Notes under the pieces: model-generated
Told to the model about the DNA's origin: nothing
Databases searched by the model: none
Seen by the model: the letters and a program-made list of their open reading frames with translations, nothing else
Source of the DNA: Hormiphora californensis
Lineage: Eukaryota; Animalia; Ctenophora
Assembly: GCA_020137815.1 (NCBI GenBank)
Contig: CM035355.1
Span: 3,782,001 to 3,846,000 of the forward strand
Direction: 5' to 3'
DNA: 64,000 nt
Position numbers and translations under genes: made by a program
Part shown: in pieces, positions 12,201 through 22,800 of the stretch
Layout of the letters: each line of letters opens with the position of its first letter
How positions within the stretch are numbered: the first letter of the stretch is position 1

Positions 12201-14971
12201 CCTCCCACAGTTCACAGTGTTTAGTGACACGGGAGTGACAGTTGACACCCTCTGTCTTCTCCCAGTTTGTAACACCCTCTTTCCTCCCACAGTTCACAGT
12301 GTTTAGTGACACGGGAGTGACAGTTGACACCCTCTGTCTTCTCCCAGTTTGTAACACCCTCTTTCCTCCCACAGTTCACAGTGTTTAGTGACACGGGAGT
12401 GACAGTTGACACCCTCTGTCTTCTCCCAGTTTGTAACACCCTCTTTCTTCCCACAATTCACAGTGTTTAGTGACACGGGAGTGACAGTTGACACCCTCTT
12501 TCTTCCCACAGTGTAACACCCTCGTTCTTCCCACAGTTCACAGTGTTTAGTGACACGGGAGTGACAGTTGACACCCTCTGTCTTCTCCCAGTTTGTAACA
12601 CCCTCGTTCTTCCCACAGTTCACAGTGTTTAGTGACACGGGAGTGACAGTTGACACCCTCTGTCTTCTCCCAGTTTGTAACACCCTCGTTCTTCCCACAG
12701 TTCACAGTATTTAGTGACACGGGAGTGACAGTTGACACCCTCTTTCTTCCCACAGTGTGACACCCTCTTTCTTCCCACAGTTCACAGTGTTTAGTGACAC
12801 GGGAGTGACAGTTGACACCCTCTGTCTTCTCCCAGTTTGTAACACCCTCTTTTTTCCCACAGTGTGACACCCTCTTCCCATGCAGCTAATGTAGGAGACT
12901 CCCGGATTATTCTGTGCACGTATCAGGAGGGTAGTGGGAACAGTAATGTAGAGTTCAGGGTGGACCAGTTGACAGAGGATCACACCACAGCCAATGATAA
13001 CGAGCTGGAGAGGTGAAAATATAATACTAAACTCACCATACAGTTTCACAGTTGACTTTTTAACAGGATATAACTGTTTCATATATATTCACTTTTTTGG
13101 TACATAGATCTGTGACACAGATTATTTGTGTCATGTATCCGGCATCGTCATAATAGGCGTACTCGAATCCTCACTCAAATCCACGTTTCTATTCAGGTTG
13201 GAAAAGTTGGGTCTAAACAAGCAGCAGATTCAAGAGAAGCGTCGTGTTGGTTCCATGGAGACCACGCGGTCAATTGGAGACTTCGCTGTGAAATGGGGCT
13301 ACAAAGACTTTGATATACTGAGGTTAGAGAGAATATATGTTAACATCACATTATTTGTGATCTAAATTACTCCCCATTCCCCCTGCGACCTATCCCCAAT
13401 ATTAATATTCCTCCCTCCACTGATGAGATCCATCTGGATCGAAACAATTGTTTGGTAAAACCGACTTGTTCCAATTTATTCCTTCATTCTCCCCACATCG
13501 GTCTCAACAGTAACAGAAAACGGGGGGTTATTCCTCCCTCCCCTAACCCCAAACTCCCACAGTGACGCGAGTGCCCCACCTGTGATTGCCATGCCACACT
13601 GTACCGGGGGACTACCAGTGGATAGATCCTTTTACTTTCTATTTCTCATGAGCGATGGTAATGTACTTGAACAAACATGGCACTTCCTCCACCTAATTTC
13701 TAACTTCTAAATCTACAATAAATTGCTCCTAAAGAACGTCGGTGTCTTTTTTAATCGTTTTTTAGTTCAAGTTATTGGTATCACAGTGTAATTACAAGCT
13801 ATATTTCAGGTGTTTACCACGCAGTTGAGGAGATGTCCGATTGTGACGTCATTGAGAGCAGGACCTGTCCTGGGAGTCCGGGATCCCCTGACCCTAATAT
13901 CAGGATAGCCAACCTGCTACACGACCAGTTTAAAAAACACAGTGACTGCCAAAAAGCTGCTGATTCGGTTCTTGAATACGTGAGACCAAGAATAGATAAA
14001 TCCTTAATTTACAAAACGATTGTAAATTAATATTAATTAACACCTCACACAAATGTTAGAACTTCATATCAACTAGATAATTTACACCTCTCTCTCTGTT
14101 TTGTAGATTTGCCAGCAGCACTTTGATGCCTGGAGTTACGGGTGTGGAAACTGCTGCAGGAGAGATGATATGACATTACTGGTTCGACTCTTCAACAGTC
14201 CCTCCAGATTGTATGGACACAAACGAAACCATTCAGGTAACATTGGTTACGAAATAACCCCTCTTCGCGCTAGCAAGGGAGGGGTAACTTCGTACCAACA
14301 TGTAAGACATCTTCTTCAAGAAGATCAATGCAGGTGACAATTTATGTGAAAATTATAAGTTTCAAAATCACTGATTAGATAGTTAGTGCTTGCTTCTAAC
14401 TCACAGAAAGTATTTCAAAGATTTAATCTGACCGACAAAGAACTACCATCCGATCAATACCAAATCTACCCCATCTCACACAGGAACAATATTCCGGTCT
14501 TCCTTCTCCTACTGTTCCTCATCAGACGGGATAACCCCACAACCCCAGACCAGCTCAGGGGATCTTCTTGCGGAGCTGAGCAAGGAAGCCCCGGTATCTA
14601 GACCCCCTGGTACCCAGTCTTCTGTAAGTTTCTAGGAGTCATAACTCATAATGTTTTTTAGTTGTTTTTCAGGGTTAGTTTGATGAAATGATCAAATTCT
14701 ATAGCTGCTACAAGTTTTCAGAACATACATGTTTTAATAATGTTCTTTTCTTCAGATGCCCCCGCTGACTCTAACAAACGCTCTCTCCATCCTATCTCCC
14801 TCTGACGTTGAAGTTGAGGAGATCTCATTTGACCCAGCAACAGCACCCTTTGAACCGTACATCCAACTGGGATCTGATTTTCCTGATGACTCCATGATGG
14901 ACTTTATATTGAAGAAAGTTAATGTTCCTGATGCTCTGTTGGATCAGCTTACCGGTGGTCACTGTGGATAG
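9296..14971 (+). CDS. TAB1: TAK1-binding protein 1 (PP2C-like), multi-exon (approx. 9296-9308, 9373-9904, 9968-10023, 10132-10243, 10390-10619, 10822-10953, 12886-13012, 13197-13322, 13563-13657, 13810-13979, 14107-14236, 14483-14623, 14756-14971)
   Basis: GTQSHPYED, LYGVLDGHDG, ANVGDSR, QLTEDHTTANDNELERLEKLGL, TRSIGDFAVKWGYKDFDIL, FLMSDGVY, RDDMTLLVR and C-terminal EPYI (TAK1-binding PYVDF-like) match TAB1 hallmarks; N-terminal exons less certain. Confidence 0.88.
11146..12880. repeat. Intronic minisatellite, ~82-86-bp modular unit, about 20 copies
   Basis: Repeated gacacgggagtgacagttgacaccctctgtcttctcccagtttgtaacaccctct...cccacagttcacagtgtttagt with internally deleted variants. Confidence 0.97.
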
Positions 14972-15487
14972 TATGCCAGGACTTTGATATGTTCTAACCG
15001 GACCCACTGAACTGTTGTGATTTAGGAAGGGGGATTTTATACTGATAGTCATAGTTTTCTCTTTTATTGTTACTCCATCTCCATATATTAAGCAGCATGG
15101 TGGCTGCTCATATCACACTCCAATACTTGAATATAATTGCTGTCACGTCACAGTACTGTGGAAGTACCAAGGGAGAGAGAGAAACAAGTTGTCCCGGATT
15201 TGGGCGTGTACCACCTAGGTTGAGTCAGCTTCAATTTCAATTCCAGTTTTTTATCTCTCCCCCTCACCCGCTACATAAGCCCCCCCCCCCCCCCCGTGCT
15301 TGTACGTGTGACGTGTTGTAAGATGAGCTTGTCCTGAATGCTGTACATTTTATATTTGATTGTGTGGTTTGAGTGAGAAGTTTATTAATTCGACGAATTT
15401 TCATTCCTTTCTTTTACAAATTACCCAACGTGTTTTTTTATTATCTAAAACTCTTTATCTTTACGCCCCTATCTCTAGTAGGAAACC

Positions 15488-16477
15488 ATGCTTCCCTCTC
15501 TCTCAACGCTGACCTCGCCTTCAGCCCTTGCGACCCTCGCATCCATGCTCCTTTATAAATTTTTCCGTGCCGACCACGATTTTACCCTTTGGCTTGCCTC
15601 GTTCCAGTTTCCTGCTTGGCGTTTAAAAAGGGAGTTTAACGGGAAAGTGTTTTGGATAACTGGTGCCAGTTCGGGGTTGGGTCGGGCACTAGCCATTGAG
15701 TTAGCCCAATATGGCTGCAAGCTGGTCCTGTCAGCCCGGCGGGAGGAGGAACTTCGTAAAGTGCAGGTTGAGTGTGAAATGAATGGTGCTGAGTTTGAGA
15801 ACATTCTCGTCCTGCCTACTGACTCTCTCAAAATGGAGGAATTTCCTGGGAAAATGCAGCAAGTTTTGGATAAGTTCGGCACTGTTGATCACCTCGTCCT
15901 AAACGCGGGTCGATCCCAACGAGCCCTCGCTGAAGACACGGACATGGCTGTAGACAGGGCTATGATGGAGATCAACTACTTCTCGTACGTAGCACACACT
16001 AAAGCAGTGTTACCCCACATGATAGAGAGAAAGAGTGGGTGTATCACCGTCATGAGTTCACTGACTGGTAAAATGGGTGCCCCAGTTAGCACTGCTTACT
16101 CAGCATCCAAACACGCCCTAATGGGGTACTTTAGTTCCCTTCGCAGGGAGATATTTTCCTATGGTATTGATGTTATAACTGTGTGTCCGGGTCCAGTAAG
16201 GAGTAACATCTCCCTGCATTCCTTTACTGAGAAAGAGGGCGAGGAATACAATCAGGATATCAAGGACAAGGGAAAGAAAATGGAGGCGGATAGATTCGCA
16301 AAGTTATTGGCGGTTGCTCTGGCAGCACGGTTACCCGAGACTTGGATCAGTATACAGCCTTATCTTCTGTTTACGTACATGGCGCAGTATTTACCGGGCG
16401 TGTTCAATTCGGCCCTTGTGTCGTGGGCAAACCAGGGACGAATCGAGAAGTTCAAGAGAAATGAGTGTTTGTATTGA
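15488..16477 (+). CDS. DHRS7: Dehydrogenase/reductase SDR family member 7-like (intronless)
   Basis: N-terminal anchor followed by RADHDFTLW, WITGASSGLG, LNAGRSQR, YSASK, VCPGPVRS. Confidence 0.9.
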   Translation: MLPSLSTLTSPSALATLASMLLYKFFRADHDFTLWLASFQFPAWRLKREFNGKVFWITGASSGLGRALAIELAQYGCKLVLSARREEELRKVQVECEMNGAEFENILVLPTDSLKMEEFPGKMQQVLDKFGTVDHLVLNAGRSQRALAEDTDMAVDRAMMEINYFSYVAHTKAVLPHMIERKSGCITVMSSLTGKMGAPVSTAYSASKHALMGYFSSLRREIFSYGIDVITVCPGPVRSNISLHSFTEKEGEEYNQDIKDKGKKMEADRFAKLLAVALAARLPETWISIQPYLLFTYMAQYLPGVFNSALVSWANQGRIEKFKRNECLY

Positions 16478-16818
16478 TCATGGACGGACGACGGTGTGAC
16501 AGATCAGGCAAAAGTTTTTTTTTTCGAATATTTTTAGTTTTGGAATCGTTTATATTGTGTTTTTTGTTTTAGAATTGAGGAAATAGTGTCTTGGTACTTG
16601 CTACAATTTATCTGAGCTGTGTTACAGCAACCGTGTGTTTTGATTTACCCCTCGTTTGAGCCCACTATTACTAAGTCTCTAACCCATCTCTAACCCCATC
16701 TCTAGCCACATATCTAACCCCATATCTAACCCCATATCTAACCCCATATCCCACTGTTTAGATTCTATAATGACAGAGCCATGACGCTACCAGACCACTA
16801 CCCCCTGGTATAAAAACA

Positions 16819-19375
16819 ATGGAGTGCGAGGTGTTTGGTATCGTTCCCCTTGACATCGCGGGTGGAAATGATCAAAACACTCTCGAACACAAGGGTAGCC
16901 GTGTCCAATTCTCGGCCCTCTTTGAAACTGGCCAGACGGGCATGTTCTCCCAGTACATCACCGAACGGTTGATATCCCAAGCTCTCCAAGGGCGCCACGT
17001 GGCACATTTCCTTATTGATGGTAGTGTGGAGCAGTTCACCGCGCTGGCAAGGGACCTGGTAGTGACGAGTCTGGAAGAAAGTTCCCGGTGTAGGGTCAGC
17101 TTGTACCATGTGAGTGGGGAGGAGGCGTGGTGCGGCCGGAACCAGAGGCTGGATTTTAAACCGTCCCTCATCCTAGCACAACCCTTTGGGAGTGTAGGGA
17201 TGGTGGAGGTGAGGAATGTTGGGGATTTGGATTCTAAAGTTGGGCTTGTTGATAACATCCCTGGGCAGTATGATATCCTTTGTCTTTCCGTGGGGTTTGA
17301 TGTTATCCCAAGTGGAGGTGCTTCGAAACTTTTCCCGGAAATCAGTATCCTACTCTTCTCTTCCGATCACCCCCATATTTCACGGCTGATTCAGGAGATC
17401 CCTCGTCCGTCCTCTAAACCAGGTCCCCTAAACCTCCCTCCTTCTTCCTCTATGGCAGCTAATGTCACATCTCACTTCCTAACCACCAACCACCACTGTT
17501 CAGCAACATTCAACATCCGATCTCTCCTCAACTCCCGGGTCCAACTCCTCCTTGCACAACACCTTAAATATCTCCGGACGTTCCCTATTGTAAACGACAG
17601 CTATAGTAAGGGGTTGTTGCTAAGAGCAACGCAGCATTCTGGGGGAGCAACGAATGATACAGTTGATGCTGGTTTGGTTAGGAGGCTAAAGGAGGATCTA
17701 CAATCTATTACCAAGGATAATGTCCGGTTGTTGGGGGAGAACGAGCAGCTTCACCAGAACGTAGATAAACTCGGGATTGATCTGAACAACCTGTTGGGTA
17801 GTAAACAGGTGCTAAGTGCAGAGGTCAGGGAGAAACTCCAAAATGAGCAGGAGATCTACAATAAACTGACTGAGATGGCGGTGGAGAAAGTTAAGATCAG
17901 GGATGTTAGTGACACGAAACGATACGAGTTAATGAACAAGATATTCAGTTTGGAGAATGATTTGTTGAATTCTCAGATTCAGGTTGAGGAATGGCGGGAG
18001 AAGTGCCTGGGAGCGGAGGGAGAGCGGAGCAGGGTTGAACAGTTTCGAGATGATCTACAGAGAGAGTACGTAGTAATGAAGGGGAACTATCATACCATGC
18101 TCGGGAAGCAGACTTCCCTAGAAAAGAGGTGTGAGGAGTTGTCCCTTGAGCTGGTTCAGCTTCACATGAACCAAAATGAGCACCTTCCACCCCCGAGAAT
18201 GTTATCAAGTTCTGGGATATTACCAGCTATCAAATCACCAACTCCGGCCCCCTCATCAGAGCATCTGTTACAGAAACCCTCCCACTATTCCGGTATCTCT
18301 ACTACCTCGACAAGACGGAGCGAGGTGTGGGGGTTGGAACGAGCTCAGCTTGTTAATGAGATTAACGAGTTAAAGTCACGGCTGGGGGCGGTTGAGGGCT
18401 CGAAGACGACCCAGAAGAAGTTGTTACAACGTGCCATTGAACTGGAGCAGTCTAAGGGGTGTTTAGAGGAGCGAAGAGGGGAGTTGGAAGTTAAGTTGTC
18501 CACTGCAATAAAAGATAGGGATGCAGCGGTTGATGAGTTGGAACGTGTTAAATCAGCTATGAACGCCATATCAGTGGTTAAGAGTCGATTGGAAGCGGAA
18601 ACAGTTGCCCTCCGGTTGAAACAGCGTAACGCAGTGGAAGAGTTTAGGGCCAGATTAGATTGTTACATCAGGGACACAGAACGGTATCTAAATAGGAAGG
18701 AAACTGGTGAGTTGAGGGGCCACTTGTCGAGAATGGTTGAGGATTACAAAAAGTCCCATACGGAGAGGGAAGCTGACCTTCTTGATGAAATCAATGTGGC
18801 AAAAGCAGACCTAAATGAAACACTGGAAAGGTGAGCTACAAAGTAACACAATTCTCAATTGTTTAAGTCCTCACCATCCCCTGTTTAATTTCTTCTTATT
18901 CTCCATTACCATTTCTCACAGGTACCACAAGCTGGATGCGGGGAGTGGTAGTAATGTGAATCTAAGGCTGGTGCAAGATGAGGTGACCAGGCTCAGAGAA
19001 AGATGCAACAAACAGGAGGGTCAAATAAAGGATGGTAGTTTACTGCCCATTGAAAAGGTACGTGCCAAGGGGGATTTTGTAGAAGTATTGGTGACGTAGG
19101 CAATATGCGGGCCAACATTACGTTCTGAATTGGTTAAATCACACCCTTACTGCCCTAGTTTTTCCACTACAAGCGACCGGGTACCCATATTACTGTTTGT
19201 CTATCATTACCGGGGGTTTACCTGGTAGGGGTCTACTTACTCTTAAATTACACTCCTCTAGGTAGAAGGAATGTTAACAAAACAACAGCGGAAGTACCAG
19301 CAGACTATTGAACAGCTCCGAGTAAAACTCCACAAATCAGAATCACAGGTATCGCGATTCATGCAGTACCTTTAG
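16819..19375 (+). CDS. CCDC78-like coiled-coil protein (exons 16819-18830, 18922-19057, 19262-19375)
   Basis: Long coiled coil; YELMNKIFSLENDLL (DUF4472-like), ELSLELV and LSRMVEDYKKSHTEREADL resemble CCDC78 motifs as recalled; exons phase-consistent. Confidence 0.6.
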
Positions 19376-19868
19376 AGAGAAGTTATAGTCCTATGACACC
19401 CATGACAAGTATGAAGTGTATAGTGTGTAGAGAGTAACTTTTTAACGACAGAATGTAAATAATATGTAAATTTTAAGTTTTTAAGACGTATATATCTAGA
19501 GATTGTCATACTCTGACTGTAATATCGCGGAGATGTCAGTCGTACATGAGACAACCTAGAGATTGTACATAATATATTCCATGCATGTGATGTTAGATTT
19601 TATTTTAATATACCTAGTAACATGATACTCAACTTCCTTTTATTGCAGACACCCACACCACAGATGTTGTTTTTGTTGTTTACTTTTTGTAGCTCGTTGT
19701 TCCCAGATGTTTGTCGCTGTGGCTCGATATCTGATCAGATCACTCCAAATGGCGCCAACAGACAGTTGGTTGCCTAGGTCGACCCCCTTTTCGCGAGCTC
19801 CGTAAAGGAGGGTTAGAACATAACAAACAATTGTTTCCTTCCACTCAAACATGTAATATTTATTAGCA

Positions 19869-22800
19869 ATGGGTGAAACTACTGATGAGGATAGGATCCT
19901 GACCCAGGATGATGTCGATCCCGCTGAGTTTGGATGTCTAGGATCAGGGGCAGCGTGCAGCCCTTTTCGGGCACCCCACAGGTCCTTTTTTGATTTAGTT
20001 AAAAAATATGATCTGAATTCTTCAGACGTTTACAGTTTACACTCAAGATAAATCATACTTAGAGTACCCCTGACCCCTAGTTAGCTAAGCTTTGCTAACC
20101 ACTCTCCCCAAGGTTCCTGGTTCTGGTACTAATTTGTATGTTGTCGTTTGGTAGCTACTTCTGTTTTGATAACCCTGCTGCTCTGGCTCAGGAATTTAAG
20201 AATGACCTTGGCCTTGAGGTAAGTCAGGAACCGACCGAATCAGGAAATACTGGTCCCTGATTGGCTGATAACCAGTCACGTGACCTAAATAACGAGTTCT
20301 GATTGGCTGTTTGCTTGTTTCGGTCGGTTCCTGTTATTTTTGGAGATTGCAGAAATTAGAAGCATCGAACAATTACAGTGGGGAACAAGTAAACTATGTA
20401 GTACTGACCCCATCAATTATGTAGCCCACACTGCACGCTCTCTGTAAGGGTTCGCCAGAGCATCAACTGATGTATTTTCAAAACTGACCTTTATTTTCAG
20501 GGTAGTTCCTTTATGTTGCTCTACTCGCTCTACAGTTGGCCGAATGTATTTCTCTGCTTTATTGGGGGATATCTTATTGATCGAGTCTTTGGTATACGGT
20601 ATGTGAAATCTTTTTACTGACTGGGATTTACCAAAAGTTAAGAGAAATTCTCTCCACTGAATTCTTCAATGATAGTGTACCGACGGGACCTTGTATAATT
20701 AGTAATTACCCATCCACTAATATTACTCGAGCAAGAAATCAATAAATTTAACCCATCCTTTTTCAGATTGGGAGCATTTCTGTTTGGTATGGTAGTTACA
20801 GTAGGCCAACTCGTATTTGCACTGGGTGCTTACATAGACAGCAAAGCAGTCATGTATGCAGGACGATTCATCTTCGGGTAAGAACAAATGTATTGTTGTT
20901 TCTGTTCTTCTCTATCAAGCCTTGATCAAGATGTTATGCCTAGATTTCCTTGCTTAAGTCGCTGTTTCTCTATTCGTTAGTTTTATTATTCTCTGTTTTT
21001 ACTAGATATCTGTTAGTTCTCTGTTTATTAGATACCTGTTTCTGTTCTCCCAACATTCCCCCCGCAGATTAGGAGGAGAGAACTTGGCATGTTGCTGCTA
21101 ACACATACGTTGTATCATGGTTTGCGGGTAAAGAGATCAACATGGTGTTTCGGTATTAACCTGAGTGCATCACGAATGGTAATTTACTTGTTTTGTTCAA
21201 TGCCTGGCTCTCACGGCCTCACAGATAAGAGCACGGTGTGACATCTCAGACATTGTTCTGTTCAAACCCTGCTGAGAGAGGGTCAAGGCAACTATCAGAC
21301 CACCTTTTCCATACAGTTCAACGACAAGGGTGGATAACCAGTCTTCTGAATTCACTTCTATTTACAGGGTAGTACGGTTGGTATGGTATCACTGTCTCCT
21401 ATCTACGAGGCACTCTCCACCAAGTTTCAAGGGACTCACCTGATGGGTGTTGTACTGACTATTGGTGAGATGAAATGTTCCTATATTTAGATTTAGACGA
21501 GTGTCAATATTTAATAGTAGGCTTTTGCCATTGATTCTTATTAACTATACTTGGCATCTAAGTAACTAAAATCTCATGTAATTCATTGAGGTAGAAAGAG
21601 AGAGATAGTCAATAATTGCCCTAGAGTTTCAGACACCCCAGCTGTAGACAAGTGTGTAACGCGCGATGACACGCCGTGTAATATAGTCGCGCGCACGCTA
21701 CGTTATGTTTACACTGGCCGGGTATTTGAGCAGAGTTGCAGGAGAATTGAAGATTCTACTTCTGAAGAAATTCATATCATCAGTACATGAACTGCTCAAC
21801 ATGCATGTTGCAAGTTTCGAGCAATAGCTAATTTTCACAATTCTTCTATTTTGCTCTCCTATCAATTGCAACACCTTATTTCCAAAAGTGGATTGTGGAA
21901 ATAAGTTGTTTCAATTTGTTGTTACTTGTTGCTCTCGGTTCATATAATAATTGGATCGATTGAGCTCAACACTCAACTAATGTCAACTAACAATTGTTCA
22001 ACTTTGCAGGTGCGCTGATGTGTGTGGTTAGTTTGGTGTGTTCCGTCTTTCTGTCCTACTTCGATAAACGAGCTAGCCGAATCTTACAGAAGGAAGCCAA
22101 TGAAACTGGTCAGTGTTGGTCTAGTGATGTCAATACATTTAACCCTTAGTTGTTAACGGAGCATCAAACTACCATATTTCTCTTCTGGAAAACAATTATA
22201 CAGCCTTCTTTTTATTACTCATCTCTTTCTCCTAGGTGAGACGGTAAAGTTAAGTGATATAACTCGATTCTCCGGTGCTACATGGCTCATTTTCGCTATC
22301 TGCGTCACGTACTACGTGGCTATCTTCCCCTTTATCAGCCTGGGAAAACTATTCTTTGAACAAAAGTTAGTACAATGTTTAGTGTCATTTCCCTCTAAAA
22401 TCGCTCAGAATGAACCTTGCAAGTACATATCTCTTAATTCTAGACTCATGTCTGGCACATTGTCTAACCATTGTCTCCTATAGGTTTGGGTTATCACAGG
22501 CAGAGGCAGGCGTCTGTAATTCTCTGGTATATTTTGTTGGCGCTGTCTCCTCGCCTGTTGCAGGGGCGATTATTGATAAAACAGGGAAAAATGTTCTGTG
22601 GCGTAAGTTACTTTTGTATTTGACTTGTTATGTTCTAACCCTCTTTTACATTTATAAGTGATTGCCAATGAGTAATGACCAATCACTGATAGTGATTGCA
22701 GATTGGTCATTACTCATTGATAACAAGTCATTTAACTGAAGTAAAGCCTTCCAAAATATATCCTATTTCGTTTGAGTGATCCATCCTATCATGGTACTGA

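Noticed and set aside
11146-12880. CRISPR array, RSS (CACAGTG) array or repeat-protein ORFs
   Set aside because: No unique spacers or cas genes; heptamers lack an ACAAAAACC nonamer at 12/23 bp; the ORFs are antisense by-products inside a TAB1 intron.
16675-16750. Interstitial telomere
   Set aside because: Unit is tctaaccccata, a 12-bp local repeat, not tandem TTAGGG.
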